64,000 nucleotides of DNA from Selaginella moellendorffii (Eukaryota; Plantae; Lycopodiophyta). A program made the position numbers and the translations under genes. Below are positions 1 to 13,536 of the stretch, one piece after another. The stretch covers positions 96,935 to 160,934 of the forward strand of contig NW_003314371.1 of the NCBI RefSeq assembly GCF_000143415.4. The letters are read 5' to 3'. The notes under the pieces were generated by a model. It made no database searches and was not told the DNA's origin. It saw nothing but the letters and a program-made list of their open reading frames with translations. Each line of letters begins with the position of its first letter. Position 1 is the first letter of the stretch.

Positions 1-3000
1 TTCCCGGACGATCTGGAATGGGGATGCTTTGCACAAGCCCCCACTAGCCTTCGTCACGGCTTTGACCTGCTGACATGTTGGACATGTCTTTACATAGTCT
101 TGGACGTCCTTAGCCATATCCGGCCAGTGATACTTCCTTTTGAGTAAGCCCATCGTCTTGGGCACTCCGCCGTGTCCCGCAAGAGGTCCGTCATGACACT
201 CTTCCAAGGCTACTTTCCTTAGTTCCCCTTCTGGAACATACACCCTCGTTTGCTTGTAATATATGAGTCCGTTGCGTTCCGCATAGCCCGTTTTCTCTTC
301 CGTTGGCAGCTCACCTCTCTGGTGAGCTTCCCGCGCCTCCAGATTCCTCAGCAACACTTCTTGTGCTAGACCATCACTCTCGTATGCGGTCCGCACATCG
401 TCCCAAAAGGTTGCTGTCGCGCTAGATATCGCCAACTTCAAGCTCGCTTTTCGACTTAGCGCATCTGCCACGATGTTGCTCTTCCCAGGCTTGTACAGGA
501 TCTCGCAATCAAACTCGGCCAAAGCATTGGCCCACCGACCTTGTTTTCCCCTTAGGTCGGGCTGTGACAAGAAGTGTTTCGTTGCCACATTGTCCGTGTA
601 AACTTTGAAGTGTCTCCCAAGGTAGTGTCGCCACTCCTTGAGTGCCTTGACCACCGCAAACAATTCCTTCTCGTGGGCAGGCCACTTCCGTTGAGCCTTG
701 TCCAGCTTCTTCGAGAAGAACGCTACTGGATGGTTGTCTTGCTTCAAAACTGCGCCCAACGCAAAGTCCGAAGCATCCGTGTCTACCTCAAAGTCCTTAC
801 CAAAGTCTGGTAATGCCAACACCGGAGCCTTCCTCAACTTCCCTTTGAGGTGGACGAATGCCGCCTCGCATTCCGCTGTCCATACCATCTTCCCTTTTCC
901 TGTTTGGTCCGTTAAGGGCAGGGCTACTCTCGAATAGTGTCTGATAAACTTTCGATAGTAGTTGCATAGCCCCAGGAACGCCCTCAACTCATGTACATTC
1001 GATGGTTGTTCCCATTCCTGGATCGCTTGGACCTTCTCCGGGTCCACCTTGAGCCCGTCCTGGCCCACCACATGCCCGAGAAACTTTACCTCTTGTTGAG
1101 CAAAGTCACATTTGCTCTCTTTAGCATACAGTTTGTGTTCCCTTAGTTTCTCAAACACCTTCGCCAAGTGTTCGGCATGCTCCTCTAGCGTCTCGCTATA
1201 GATCAAGATGTCGTCAATATAGACGACCACGAAGCGATCCAGATAGGGTACAAAGATGTGGTTCATCAACGCCGAAAACGTTGCCGGCGCATTGCACAGC
1301 CCAAAGGGCATCACCAAAAACTCAAAGCTCCCATACCTCGTTCGACAGGTTGTCTTCTCGACATCTTCCTCAGCTACCCTGATCTGGTAGTATCCTGACC
1401 TTAGGTCAATCCTCGAGAAGTATTTTGCCTTTCCCAACCTATCGAACAGGTCCTCGATCCTTGGCAAAGGGTACTTGTTCTTCTTGGTATACTTGTTGAG
1501 CAACCGGTAGTCTATGCACATGCGCATAGATCCATCTTTCTTTTTCACAAATAGCACCGGCGCCCCATACGGCGACTTGCTCAACCTAACATACCCTTTG
1601 TCCACCAACTCCTCTAGTTGGCTCTTGAGCTCCTTGAGTTCTTTTTCGTTCAATCGATAGGGTGGACGAACCACCGCCTCAGCACCCTCGACCAGCTCAA
1701 TCTTATGTTCTATCGGTCGTGCGGGGGGCAACCCCGCCGGTAGCTCCTCTGGCATGGTATCCTGGAATTGGTCCAGCACCTGCTGGATCACTAAAGGTAC
1801 TTCTTCCATTCTTGTCTTTTTGTCACTCTTCACCGAGAGTAAGCACAAAAAGGCTGCCTTAGTTCCTTTAGTGAGTTGTCCTCTCGTGGACACCAGGTTT
1901 AAGCATGACTCTTTGGCCTTGCTTTGCCCTACCTTTAGATCCTGGGCCTCCACCCTAGATCTTCTTCCTTGGGCATTCGCCAATACCACAAGGTTCCTAC
2001 CTTGTCCATGTAGGGCTACCACGAACCGATTAAACCAATCCATTCCGAAGATCACGTCAAATCCCGCCATGTCCAAGACGGTGAAATCCATATCCACTTT
2101 CCATGTCCCCACTTCGACTCTCGCTTGTCGAAGTACCTCATCGGTGCTTTGGCTACCTTGAACAAATTCTATAGTCCTTGGTTCGCCTAGCCGCTGCACC
2201 GTTAGTCCGGCTTGCCGGACTATGTCTGCAGCCACAAAATTATCCGAAGCACCCGTGTCAATAAGGATCTTAACAAAGCTACCTCCGAGCTTCCCTCGGA
2301 GGGCTAGTAGATGTCGCGAACGACTCTCTACCAAAGTTGCTCGTGTAATGAGTAACTTTGAGTTAGGGACTGGATCACATACCTCAGTTTGGACTTCACC
2401 CGACTTGATGGCCATATTGGCTCTGGCCTTCTTCGGGTAGGGACATTCCCTTGAGAAGTGTCCCGCTTCGCCGCAGTTGTAGCATACGTTGTTGCCCACG
2501 CTGCTATACGACTTGACCTTCTTATCCGTGGGTTTGTCTCTTTTCGCTTGACTTCCCCACGTACTCGCTCGCTGGCCACCGGATTTGCCTTTCCGGAACC
2601 CCGAGGACTCATTCTTAGAGAAACTCTTCTTGAATTTCCCCTTGCTATATGTTCCCCTCGGTTTGGCCCCTTTGTGAAACGTGGATCCCGACCCCGTCGT
2701 GTTCCCCTTTCGCAGGTTATCGTTGAAATGCACCTTGATGGCCGCATCCAACGCTTCCTTGTAGTTGGTCGGGTTCCAGCGCATCACCTCACCGCGAGCC
2801 CAGGTTTGCAAACCTGATATAAAGGCATGGAACGCATCCATATCCCCCATGTCCGTGACAAGTATCCTCTTTGCCATGAACCCATTCACATATTCCTGGA
2901 TGGTTCCAGTCTGCTTCAGCCTACTCAGCTCATCTCTCAGATGCAGAGTGGCATTCGGAGGAACGTATGTCGCGCGGATCCTCGCCTTCATCATGTCCCA

Positions 3001-3582
3001 GGTGGCCACCGGTCCTTCGTTGGCCTCCGTTGTTCTCCACCAAGACTTGGCATTATCTGCCAAGTATGGTTTTGCACATGGGACCTTCTCCGAGCTCGGT
3101 AACCGCAACGCTCGGAAGTAGTCCTCCATATCGTAAAACCAATCCTCCACAACCTTATAGTCGTTCACTCCCTTGAACACCGGTGGGGGCTTTGGTTTGT
3201 ACTTGGGAACCGCCTGAGGGACTGATTCCACTTCGGTCTGTTCGACCTTGTCTGGTTTTGCCTCAGTCCCTGCCGAAGGGTCCGCACCTTCTGCGCTGCC
3301 AGCATCTGCAGTCTTTCGCTTTTTCTTCCGCTTCTCGTCACGCTTTAACTTGCGTACGAGAGTCTCCAGCAGGGCATTGGTCTGTGCCAACTGTCCTTCT
3401 AGCACGTCCAATCGAGCCTTGGACGACCGAACCTCGCCACCGGACTCCTGTTTGGAAGTTTCCTCACTGGAGTCCTCCTCATGCAAGGATTCCTCATCCA
3501 TAGCCTCTTGTTCAACCGGAGGCTCCAGCTCCGGCGGAGGTTCCGTCTCCGCCTGGGTTCGCTTACGCCCTGCCCTTGCCAT
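1..3582 (-). CDS. gag-pol: Ty3/Gypsy gag-pol polyprotein (Gag, CCHC knuckle, protease, RT, RNase H, start of integrase); continues beyond the left window edge
   Basis: ATG at 3582 ([10 protein letters not shown]...). Motifs read on the minus strand: [45 protein letters not shown], integrase HHCC (H...GH...CPTCQ). It is absent from the ORF track, consistent with no stop before the edge. Confidence 0.95.
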   Translation of the reverse strand, partial: MARAGRKRTQAETEPPPELEPPVEQEAMDEESLHEEDSSEETSKQESGGEVRSSKARLDVLEGQLAQTNALLETLVRKLKRDEKRKKKRKTADAGSAEGADPSAGTEAKPDKVEQTEVESVPQAVPKYKPKPPPVFKGVNDYKVVEDWFYDMEDYFRALRLPSSEKVPCAKPYLADNAKSWWRTTEANEGPVATWDMMKARIRATYVPPNATLHLRDELSRLKQTGTIQEYVNGFMAKRILVTDMGDMDAFHAFISGLQTWARGEVMRWNPTNYKEALDAAIKVHFNDNLRKGNTTGSGSTFHKGAKPRGTYSKGKFKKSFSKNESSGFRKGKSGGQRASTWGSQAKRDKPTDKKVKSYSSVGNNVCYNCGEAGHFSRECPYPKKARANMAIKSGEVQTEVCDPVPNSKLLITRATLVESRSRHLLALRGKLGGSFVKILIDTGASDNFVAADIVRQAGLTVQRLGEPRTIEFVQGSQSTDEVLRQARVEVGTWKVDMDFTVLDMAGFDVIFGMDWFNRFVVALHGQGRNLVVLANAQGRRSRVEAQDLKVGQSKAKESCLNLVSTRGQLTKGTKAAFLCLLSVKSDKKTRMEEVPLVIQQVLDQFQDTMPEELPAGLPPARPIEHKIELVEGAEAVVRPPYRLNEKELKELKSQLEELVDKGYVRLSKSPYGAPVLFVKKKDGSMRMCIDYRLLNKYTKKNKYPLPRIEDLFDRLGKAKYFSRIDLRSGYYQIRVAEEDVEKTTCRTRYGSFEFLVMPFGLCNAPATFSALMNHIFVPYLDRFVVVYIDDILIYSETLEEHAEHLAKVFEKLREHKLYAKESKCDFAQQEVKFLGHVVGQDGLKVDPEKVQAIQEWEQPSNVHELRAFLGLCNYYRKFIRHYSRVALPLTDQTGKGKMVWTAECEAAFVHLKGKLRKAPVLALPDFGKDFEVDTDASDFALGAVLKQDNHPVAFFSKKLDKAQRKWPAHEKELFAVVKALKEWRHYLGRHFKVYTDNVATKHFLSQPDLRGKQGRWANALAEFDCEILYKPGKSNIVADALSRKASLKLAISSATATFWDDVRTAYESDGLAQEVLLRNLEAREAHQRGELPTEEKTGYAERNGLIYYKQTRVYVPEGELRKVALEECHDGPLAGHGGVPKTMGLLKRKYHWPDMAKDVQDYVKTCPTCQQVKAVTKASGGLCKASPFQIVRE

Positions 3583-3625
3583 CTCCCAGCAATCCGCCTC
3601 TATCCTTCGCTAGAACTGAGATAAA

Positions 3626-3640
3626 GGCTCCGATACCAAA
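3626..3640 (-). promoter_or_regulatory. Primer-binding site (tRNA-iMet) of Gypsy family A
   Basis: Minus strand reads TTTGGTATCGGAGCC directly after the LTR end ...CTTACA. Confidence 0.9.
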
Positions 3641-3641
3641 T

Positions 3642-4789
3642 TGTAAGCCACAAATTTTTCCTTTCCAATTTGCTAGCTTACCTCGTCTATCCGTCCAACA
3701 TTGCCTTGGCTTTTGCTAAGTTCCCTTGCCAAGGTTCTCGCCTATGGTACCAGCTCCTACTTGGTTTCAGCTACTCACTGCACGAGCAATGGAGCGTTAG
3801 CCATCCTTCCACGGATTCCCAAATCACTCCCAATCCCCCTCCCCGGGTTAGACTGGACTTAAGGTTCGGCTACACTCCCCGCAAGCACAAGCAGCCAAGC
3901 ACACCAAGCTTCCAGGTTCCTAACATCCCTTGGTACCACAAGACTTGATCATGGGACCCTCTAAATCCCAAGTCTTGAGTGCAACACTTGCTTCGGGACG
4001 CCGGGGCGAAACACCGTGGCCTAACGGCCCGGCATGGGTACCTCTCGCCCCCCACTTCCATCCCGAAGGAAGGCCCAAGCCCCTAGGAAGGGCGAGGACC
4101 AATGAGCCGCATGGTACTCAAGTGGGGCACCACTCCACATGAGCCGGGAGCACCGCAATCGGTTTCCCTTTCGGGAGTGGGAGCTGCTCTTGAGCACTTC
4201 CTTGGATGGCCCCTCCGGCACCAACCAAGTCCATGCTCACTCCCACCCAAGGCCCCTCGGTCCCAGTCCCAACCTCAAGTCAGTTTGGGAGCCCCACTGG
4301 AGAGTCCCTTCTAAACTGGTTCCTGGACCTCACTATCCCTACTATACTTTTGGAACCCCCTGCAGCCCCCCCCCCCTGGGGGACGCACGCTTTGGGCTTT
4401 CACCCCTTGACCCGTATTAGTATTTGGACTTAGTCTCTGGCTCGATCTCGGATCCGATTTCGGATCCGACTTCGGATTCGGTCTCGGACTCGATCGCGGA
4501 CTCGATCTCGGACCCGATCTCGGGCCCGACCTCGGACTCGACTTCGGACTCGGTCTCGGACCCGATTTCGGATCTCGGACTCCGTCTCGAACTCGGTCTC
4601 GAACTCGGACTCGAACTCGGTCCCCGAGTCGGTCTTGGACTCGATTCCGGACTCTATCTCGAACTCGGTCCTAGAGTCGGTCTTGGACTCGATCTTTGAC
4701 TTGGTCCCATCCGATGAACTCTTTGTCATTTTGGTCATGCTTTCGGGGTTCCCTTAGCCTACGACACCTCGGCGAGTTGGTTCCTTACA
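3642..4789 (-). mobile_element. 5' LTR (1148 bp) of young Gypsy element, family A
   Basis: TGTAAG...CTTACA termini, adjacent PBS, internal 6/12-bp GAGTCC-like array at about 4430-4700. Confidence 0.9.
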
Positions 4790-6580
4790 AGTCCATGTTA
4801 CCAGTGTATGAACAGGAAATGCTAGTAGTTATTCATGCCATCGGTCGCTGGCACCACTATTTGTTGCCTTGACGGTTTACACTCCGGAAAGACCATCACA
4901 GCCTCAAATTTATTTTGGAGCAACAACATTTGTCCAAGAAACAGTAGCGCTGGGTGGAGCAACTGCAAGCATTGGATTTCACTATTGAGTTTCGGCCAGG
5001 GAAAAGCAACATCCTTCCTGATGCGTTATCACGACGATTTGAACGTACTGAAGCATCAACATTGTCTAGTATTTCCAGATGGGAAGCAGTGTATGTTGAT
5101 AAGATTCATGAAGGCTACTTGTTGGATCTGACTCTTTTGGGTATTTGGCAACAGTTTTGTGACAATCCTGACTATACGCATGACAAGCTGATGTATCATG
5201 AGAACTTATTATGGCAAAAGGGTCTTATAGTTCTTAGTTCGAGCCACAACTTACGCAAGAAGATCTTCCACGAGTGTCACGCAAGTATTTTGGCAGGACA
5301 TCCTGGTGTTCAGGGAATAATAGCTGCAATCAAATAGTGGTTTTATTGGAAGGGACTCCAGTGGGAAGTTTGTGAATGGATTTGAGCTTGCCCAACCTGC
5401 CAAATGCAAAAAGCTGAGACAGTTGCGACACTAGGTCTGTTGGTTCCCTTACCAACTGCTTCTTCATCCTTCGATAGTATTTCAATGGACTTCATTGTGG
5501 GCCTCCTTGCAGTGCGTGGCTTTGATGCTATTTTTGTTGTTGTGGACCGTTTTTCTAAGGTGGCACACTACATCCTCAACTAGCTCAGCATAGCAGATAA
5601 CTGAATCCTTTTGGTCTAAGGTAGTTCAACATCACGGTCTTCCATTAGACGTGGCGTCAAATCGCAATACCAAGTTTTTTAGTGCGTTTTGGATGGCAAC
5701 TTTTTGCCACTTGGGAGTGAAGCTGAACTTCTCCACTGCGTATCACCCCCAGACTGATGGTCAGACCGAGCGAACCAATCAGACGCTGGAAGTCTTTCTC
5801 TGCAGCTACACTAGGGACAAGCCGCATTCGTGGTTGCAGTGGCTGCCATTTGCAAAGTTTTCTTACAACACTGCTTTTCACTCATTTATCGGTATGGCTC
5901 CATTCACAGCTCTTTATGGGAAAGAAATTCAGAAGTTTCTAATCCCAAGTGAAACTTCAGGAGAACAGGATGTCCTACGGCATATTCAAGAGATGGAAGC
6001 TTTTCAGATTCTACTCCATAAGCAATTGGATGCAGCCTGTCAATCTATGAAGGTGATAGCTGATTGTTCGAGATCATTCCGGTCATTCCAGGAGGGTGAC
6101 TTTGTTTATGTCAAATTTCGTCCAGAGAGGCACACTTTGGGACATCAAGCTTCAGCTCATTCGAAGTTGCATCCAAAGTTCTTTGGACCATTTGAGGTGA
6201 TAACTCAAGTCAATGAGGTTGCTTACAGGTTGCAGCATCCCAGCTCATCACGGCTACATGACATTTTCCATGTCTCTGAGCTGAAGCTTCACGTGGGACC
6301 ATCACTGACTCCTAGCGGTTTTGTTACTTTACCAGAGCCTCAGGTGGTATCAGGTGGCCACACACTCCTTCAGCCAGAGGCAGTAGTAGCAGTGGACTTT
6401 ATTACTCTTCGCAAATGTTGTATTTCTTGCTTCTGAATTTGCTGGTTGAGAACTGATTCATCATTCGACACCTGGGTTGATTAGAAGTGGTTTCACCAGC
6501 TCTACACTCTCTTTCAGTGGGAACCACTTCTTCCTGCGATTGTTGAGGGACCAGCAAACAATTTTTCGGGAGGGGTGTGA
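4790..6580 (+). pseudogene. Decayed Gypsy pol (RNase H - integrase) of an older element
   Basis: VYEQEMLVVIHAIGRWHHYL, FRPGKSNILPDALSR, STAYHPQTDGQTERTNQ, KFFGPFEV...HDIFHVSELK; stops and frameshifts; purine tract GGGAGGGG before 6581. Confidence 0.9.
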
Positions 6581-6823
6581 TGTTAGGAAGCATTCTCATC
6601 TCTTCCATGGATGGTTTTGGCCTGAATAGTTTATGCTTGGTGAGCACGGTACGACAAAAATTCCTCATAAAAGGAGGGAGAATATGGTACAAAAGGTAGG
6701 TTATATTTTTGGGTTCTATTTTCTCCTCTCTCCTCTTTCGATTTCTCTCCTTTCCTCCTTTGTATTTCTCTTCCATGGAATATATTGGTGATTCCTGCCA
6801 GAAGATCTGGGTGGATCTCAACA
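6581..6823 (+). mobile_element. Short 3' LTR of the older Gypsy element
   Basis: Starts TGTTAG after the PPT and ends CTCAACA, exactly where family-A gag sequence resumes. Confidence 0.6.
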
Positions 6824-9800
6824 CCTCTAGTTGAACAAAAGGCTATGGATGAGGAATCCTTGCATGAGGAAGACTCCAGTGAGGAAACTTCCAAACAGGA
6901 GTCTGGTGGCAAGGTTCAGTCGTTCAAGGCTTGATTGGACATTCTAGAAGGACAATTGGCTCAAACCAATGCCCTGTTGGAAACTCTCGTATGTAAGTTA
7001 AAGCGTGATGAGAAGCGGAAGAAAAAGCAAAAGACTGCAGATGCTAGTAGCATAGAAGGTGTGGACCCTTTGGTGGGGACTGAGGCGGAACCAAACAAGG
7101 TTGAACAAAATGAAGTAGAATCAGTCCCTCAAACAGTTCCCAATTACAAACCAAAGCCCCCATTAGTCTTCAAGGGAGTGAATGATTATAAGATGGTAGA
7201 GGATTGGTTTTATGATATAGAGCAGAACGATGAAGCAGGACACTTTTCAAGGGAATGTCTCTACTTAAAGAAGGCCAGAGCCAATATAGCCATCAAGTCG
7301 GGTGAAATCTAAAGTAAGGTACATGATCCAGTCCCTAGCTCAAAGTTACTCATTACACGAGCAACTTTGGTAAAAAGTTGTTTGCGACATTTATTAGCCC
7401 TCCAAAGGAAGCCCGAAGGTAGCTTTGTTAAGATCCTTATTAACATAGGTGCTTCAGATAATTTTGTGGCTGCAGACATAGTTTGGCAAGCCGAACTAAT
7501 GGTGCTACGGCTGGGTGAACCAAGGACTATAGAGTTTTTTTAAGATAAGCACCAATGAGGTACTTCAACAAGCAAAAGTCGAAGTAGGGACATGGAAAGT
7601 AGATATGGATTTCACTGTGTTGGATATAGCAGGATTTAACGTAATCTTTGGGATGGATTGGTTCAATCAGTTCGTGGTAACCCTGCATGGATAAGGTAGC
7701 AATCTTGTGGTACTAGCGAATGCCTGAGAAGAATGATCCAAGGTGGAGGCCTAGGATCTAAAAATAGGGCAATGTAAGGCTAAAAACTCCTGCTTGAACG
7801 TGCCTTTAGTGATCTAGTGGGTGTTGGACCAATTCCAAGAAACCATGCCAGAGGAGCTATTTGCGAAGTTACCCCCTGAACGACCAATAGAACATAAGAT
7901 CGAGGGTGTTAAGGTGGTGGTTCGTCCCCCCTATTGGTTGAACAAAAAGGAACTCATGGAGCTCAAATGCCAACTTGAGGAGTTGGTGGAAAAAGGGTAT
8001 ATTAGGTTGAGCAAATCATTGTATGGTGCACTGGTGTTATTTGTGAAAAAAAAAAGATGGATCTATGCGCATGTACATAGACTATCAGTTGCTCAATAAG
8101 TATATAAAGAAGAACAAATACCATTTACCAAGGATTGAGGACCTGTTCAATAGGTTAGGAAAGGCAAAATACTTTTCGATAATCGACCTAATGTCAGAAT
8201 ATTACCAAATCAGGGTAGCAAAGGAAGATGTTGAGAAGACAACTTGTTGGACAAGGTATGGAAGCTTTGAGTTTCTAGTGATGCCCTTTGGGCTGTGCAA
8301 TGCACTAGCAACATTTTCGGTGCTAATGAGCCACATTTTTGCACCCTATTGGATCATTTCGTGGCCGTCTACATTGACGACATCTTGATCTATAGCAAGA
8401 CACTAAAAGAGTATGCCGAACACTTGAAGAAGGTGTTTGAGAAACTAAGGGAACACCAGCTGTGTGCTAAAGAGAGCAAATGTGACTTTGCTCAACAAGA
8501 GGTAAAGTCTCTCGGGCATGTGGTGGGCAAGGATGGGCTTAAGGTGGACTTTAAGAAGGTCCAAGAGATCTAGAAATGAGAACAACCATCAAATGTACAT
8601 GAGTTAAAAGCATTCTTGGGGCTATACAACTACTACTGAAAGTTTATCAAACATTATTCGAAAGTTTAACAGACCAAACGGGAAAAAGGAAGATGGTATG
8701 GACAGCGGAATATGATACGGCATTTGTCCACCTCAAAAGGAAGTTGAGGAAGGCTCCCATGTTGGCGTTACTAGACTTTGATAAGGACTTTAAGGTAGAA
8801 ATGGATGCTTCAGATTTTGCGTTGGGTGCAGTGTTGAAGCAAGACAACCTCGAAGAATTTGGATAAGGCTTAGCGAAAGTGGCCTACCCACGAGAAGGAA
8901 TTGTTTGTGGTGGTCAAGGCACTCAAGGAGTGGCAACACTACCTTGGGAAACACTTCAAAGTTTACACGGATAATGTGGCAACGAAACACTTCTTGTCAT
9001 AACCCGACTTGAGAGGAAAACAAGGTCGGTGGGCTAATGCTTTAGCCAAGTTTGATTGTGAGATCCTATATAAACCTGGGAAGAGCAACATTGTGGCGGA
9101 TGCTCTAAGTTGAAAAGTGAGCTTGAAGTTGGCGATATCCAGCGCGACAGCAACTTTTTAGAATAATATGTAAATAGTATATGAGAACGATGGTCTAGCA
9201 CAAGAAGTGTTACTGGGGAACCAAGAGGCGCGGGAAGCTCACCAAAAAGGTGAGCTGCCAACAGAAGAGAAAATAGGCTATGTGGAACACAATAGACTCA
9301 TCTATTATAAACAAACAAGGGTGTATGTTTCAGAAGGGGAACCAAAGAAGGTAGCCTTAGAAGAGTGTTATGACAGACCTCTTGCGGGACACAGTAGAGT
9401 ATCTAAGATGATGGGCTTACTTAAGAGGAAGTATCACTGGCCAAATATAGCTAAGGATGTCCAAAACTATATAAAGACATGTCAAACATGTTAGCAGGTC
9501 AAAACCATGACTAAGGCTAGTGGGGGTTTGTTACAAAACATCCCAATTCTAGATCATCCATAGAAATGTCTTACGATGGACTTCATCATAGAACTCCCCC
9601 TAAGTGAGGGGTTTGATATGATATTTGTGGTGGTGGACTAATTTTCGAAGATGGCACATTTCATACCCACCACAACGAAAGTGGATATGGAAGGTGTAGC
9701 GAAGCTGTTCTTAAAAAAAGTGGTTCGAATGCAGGAAAGGCTAGAGGAGATTATCTCAGATTGAGATAAGATCTTCACCAGTCGGTTTTGGAGAACTCTC

Positions 9801-10720
9801 CTGGAATAGTATTGCACCAAGTTAAAATTCAGCACAACCTATTACCCATAAACTGGTATTGGGTATTAAGTCAAGTTTGAGGCACTAACACTTCTTGATA
9901 GACAAACAAAGAGAAAAGTGAATAGGCAGCTAAAGGATTATTTGCAATGCTATATCTCTGGAGACCAGACTAATTGGGTAAGTCATTTGAGACTTGTGGA
10001 AATATGTTATAACAACTCACCACACTCGAGTATCGGGGTGAGTCCATAGGAAGTCATCAATGGGCGAGCAATTAAAGGTCCTATAGAATTCGGTGTGGTT
10101 GAGTATCATGGAGAGTTACCTGTAGTGGAGGCATTCATAGTGGAAAGACTCAACATTTGGAATCTAGTGAAGGATTCCTTGGAACGGGCTCAACAAAGGC
10201 AAACCAAGTATGCAAACCAGAAATGTCGAGATGTAGAGTTCCAACCTGGGGAGAAGGTGTGGCTGAACACCAAGAACCTAAGGCTACCAAATGGGATCAA
10301 CGAAAAGCTGACCCAAAGTTAAAATGCATGCATTCCTGGAAATGAATTGATTTTGAGTTCCTTAAGTAGATTCATGGGGCCTTACGAGATTGAGGCACGA
10401 ATTGGTAAAGTGGCTTACTGCCTCCGACTTCCTTGAGAGATGGGGAAGATGCACCCTGTGTTCCATGTGAACTTACTTAAGTCGTACTTTGACGATTCGC
10501 TTTGCAAGGACTAAATAAGACCTTTACCTGAGGTTATCCAAGGGGAAGAGGAATACGAAGTCGAGGCCATTCTTAATGCGTGCAAGAGTAAGTGACAAGG
10601 ATGCAAGATGAGGGAGTTCCATGTGAAGTGGAAAGAATTTCCACATTGCGAAGCAACATGGGAACCAAAGGAGAATCTAGCGAACGCATAGGATCTAGTG
10701 GAAGCATTTTTGCAAGGTAG
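6824..10720 (+). pseudogene. Degenerate copy of Gypsy family A gag-pol with C-terminal chromodomain (chromovirus)
   Basis: Colinear with the reverse complement of 1-3530, with internal deletions at about 7225 and 7800 and many stops. Integrase core present; chromodomain EEEYEVEAIL...FHVKWKEFPHCEATWEPKENL at about 10545-10700. Confidence 0.92.
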
Positions 10721-11084
10721 AACTCTATTTACTTATGCAAAACTCAATTAAAGAATCTATTTTGAGAAATTGAGTAATGTCGTATGTTAGGACCCGAAGG
10801 TGTGCCGAAGGTAAACTAATTAGCATAGGTTCCCTAGGTTGACTAGGCATAAAGAACTACGCCTTACTCCCGCGGGGATGTCAAATCCATAAACATATTC
10901 TACAAAAGTTGGGTTTGAGTCCCAACCCTCTAGTAAAGCAAAGTTGGGTTCAAGTCCCAACCTTATACTAGGGCGTGGTGAGGGGAGGGGTATAGAGACA
11001 CCTATATTCCGTTGGCATGGGCTCTTGGTCGAGGAGGCTAATTTAGGCACATCGCTAAATGCCCCTGAAACATGGTCAACAAGT

Positions 11085-11480
11085 CGTAGGGGCTTGGGCC
11101 TTCCCTTCGGGATGGAAGTGGGTGAGTAGAGGTACCCATACTAGGCCATTAGGCCACAATGTTTCCCCCTGGCGTCCTGAAGCAAGTGTTGCACCCAAGA
11201 CTTGGGATTTGGAGGGTCCCATGATCAAGTCTTGTTGTGCCAAGGGATATTAGAAACCTGAAGGCTTGGTGTGCTTGGCTGCTTTTGTGCTTGCGGGAAA
11301 TGTAGCCAAACCTTAAGTCCAGTCTAATTCGAGGAGGAGGATTGGGAGAGATTTAGGTATCTGTGGATGGATGGCTAATACTCTATTGCTCGTGTAGTGA
11401 ATAGCTGAAATTAAGTAGGACCAAGTAGTAAGTGGTACAATAGGCGGGAACTTTAGCGAGGGAATTTAGCTAAGGCCAAG
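11085..11480 (+). mobile_element. Partial family-A LTR
   Basis: Matches the reverse complement of about 3705-4085 (GGGCCTTCCCTTCGGGATGGAAGTGGG...). Confidence 0.75.
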
Positions 11481-11485
11481 GTAAT

Positions 11486-12000
11486 TGTAAGCAACCAAAG
11501 GGAACGACTCAAAAGACGATCCATGGGGTTCAACTATAGAGGGAAATGGCCTAGGAATAAAAGGGCCCCCCCTTTTCCAAATAGTTAAGATTGGGAACCC
11601 CCCCCCCCCCCCCCCCCCACCCCAATGCCCTTCTCCCTCTTGAAGAACACACTCTTTTGGGCTTTCACCCTTAGCCACCCTTAGTACTAGGAAGTAGTCT
11701 TTAGGAAAAGTTTGAAACTTACTAAATATAGAATATTCTTAGATTGTGAATTTAAACATGGGACGAACACCATTGTATTCAAGACACTCTCTACATTCCG
11801 TAGATATGCCAAATGAGAAAATCTAGACACTTTACATAAATAATATTTAGGATAGGAATAAGACTAACATAAAGGGTATAATAGCAGAGGTGTATAGCAA
11901 ACATAGTAAGCTATCATTTAATGAATATTGAGGGACCAACCTCAATATCACAAGGGTTCTTGATACTAACAAGTGCAAGCCAATGACAGAAGTTTCTCAA
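11486..12000. repeat. LTR-like repeat; related inverted copies at about 59600-59802 and 61850-62165
   Basis: Begins TGTAAGCAACCAAAG. The segment GCCACCCTTAGTACTAGGA... (11673-11990) recurs in reverse orientation near 62 kb and 59.7 kb. Confidence 0.6.
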
Positions 12001-12179
12001 ACCAGGCCGAATATGTTCAACAAGAAACACATTAGGTTCCTACCTTATGTTTATCTGATTTAAGTGCATGGTCATTGACTAGTTTCTCAAGTAGTCTCAA
12101 GTGGGAAGTAATAACAGGTCTAGGAATATCGATCTCCTACCGTCGTGGTAGTGAATAACTGAAAGGACTAACTGACAGA

Positions 12180-12947
12180 TAACTTTCGATACCCGAAGTG
12201 TCATTCATGACATCATGGCAAGAACATGTGTTTTTTTAAAGGCTTAGGGATCAATCCCTCTAGGTGTAATAAGGTTGTTAGAAGGTTTAAATATCGCAAA
12301 TGTGAGCTAACATCTATGTGTTGAGCATGTTGTGATGCAAGGATGTACTACTTTCTTCCACGTGATGGTTATTTAAGCAAAGTAGCAGTGCATGTTAAAC
12401 ACCACTAATATGAGATAGAGGAAGGAATCCATCATGATTCTTTTCGCAATTTAAAGGTTGCTAATGCTATAAAGGCTGAAAGAAAAGTGTGTTTAATAAT
12501 CTATACTATAGAACTATAGGGTGGAAATGTTGTTACAATCTGATACCAAAAAAGAGTTTATGGAGAACAATTTGAAGGACCTACTTCAAAATATAGAACC
12601 CGTGATAAATTTAACTAGGTATAAGATTAATAATTAACTCTATTTATTACTAATAACACTCTTTTATTTTGTAAAATAAAGAACTGGATGCGAGAAGGGC
12701 AAAATGGAAAACTTCAATCTAGATTAGATGCAATTTTGGAGCTAAAGAGAAAATGGCTTTATGAGTTTATTCATGGGAGCTTATTCATTAGCCAAGTGAC
12801 TTTGAATAGTCAACGCCCTTTCATCTTTAAGATGTCAACCCCTTGTCTTGCTTTTGGTGTGGACCTTGTACAATAAATGGATATAGATGGAGATAGGGAC
12901 TTTGTTAATTCCTGGATTCATTTTGACCACATGGAACGAGTTTTTGG
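12180..12947 (+). pseudogene. Fragment of MULE-like transposase (same family as 51.7-54.4 kb)
   Basis: RLDAILELKRKW.YEFIHGSLF...FIFKMSTP.LAFGVDLVQ...WIHFDH, homologous to 52930-53690 (minus strand), with the same intron position. Confidence 0.7.
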
Positions 12948-13526
12948 TGTAAGCTCTTGAATTTTGACATCCCAGAAGGTCACATAGCCCAATACTATTT
13001 AAACTTAAGTACGCTTAACCCTATATATCAAAACCCTTAACTAATTAAAAAAGGGGGTGCACTTTTATTCATGGGCTCTTTCCCATTATATTTGAACCCT
13101 ATGTATCATCTCTCGAGTTGTTCTTTTTGGTTGCTTACAATCCACCACTCTTCCTTGCAAGTTTACACCCTCATGAATGAAAGTTGAGAGCTCTAGCTCT
13201 CTTAAAAGCCCCACTTTTTTAAGACCCTACCCCTCAAGTCGAGTCCAACTAGAGCAAACTAGACATGTTAAATATCAATCAATATATGGTGCAATTCCCT
13301 AGTCAATCAATAGAGTTAGACTTGAGACCGCTCTAATACTCATGAATTTGAACTTTCCAGAAGGTCATCCAACTTAATATTATTCAAACTCAAGGATACT
13401 TAACCCTAAGTATCATAAGACTCTTAACCGATTAAAAAAAGGGGTGCACTGTTATCCATGGGCCCTTTCCTTTTATATTTGAACCCTATAGATCATCTCT
13501 TGAATCATTCTCTTTGGTTACTTATA
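12948..13526 (-). mobile_element. Cassandra TRIM (degenerate) with 5S-rRNA-like LTRs
   Basis: Two LTRs of about 190 bp (12948-13139 and about 13335-13526), reverse-complementary to those at 18937-19386. Confidence 0.8.
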
Positions 13527-13536
13527 ACTTTAAAGT

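Noticed and set aside
574-3613. Numerous plus-strand ORFs of 60-135 aa
   Set aside because: Antisense shadows of the minus-strand gag-pol.
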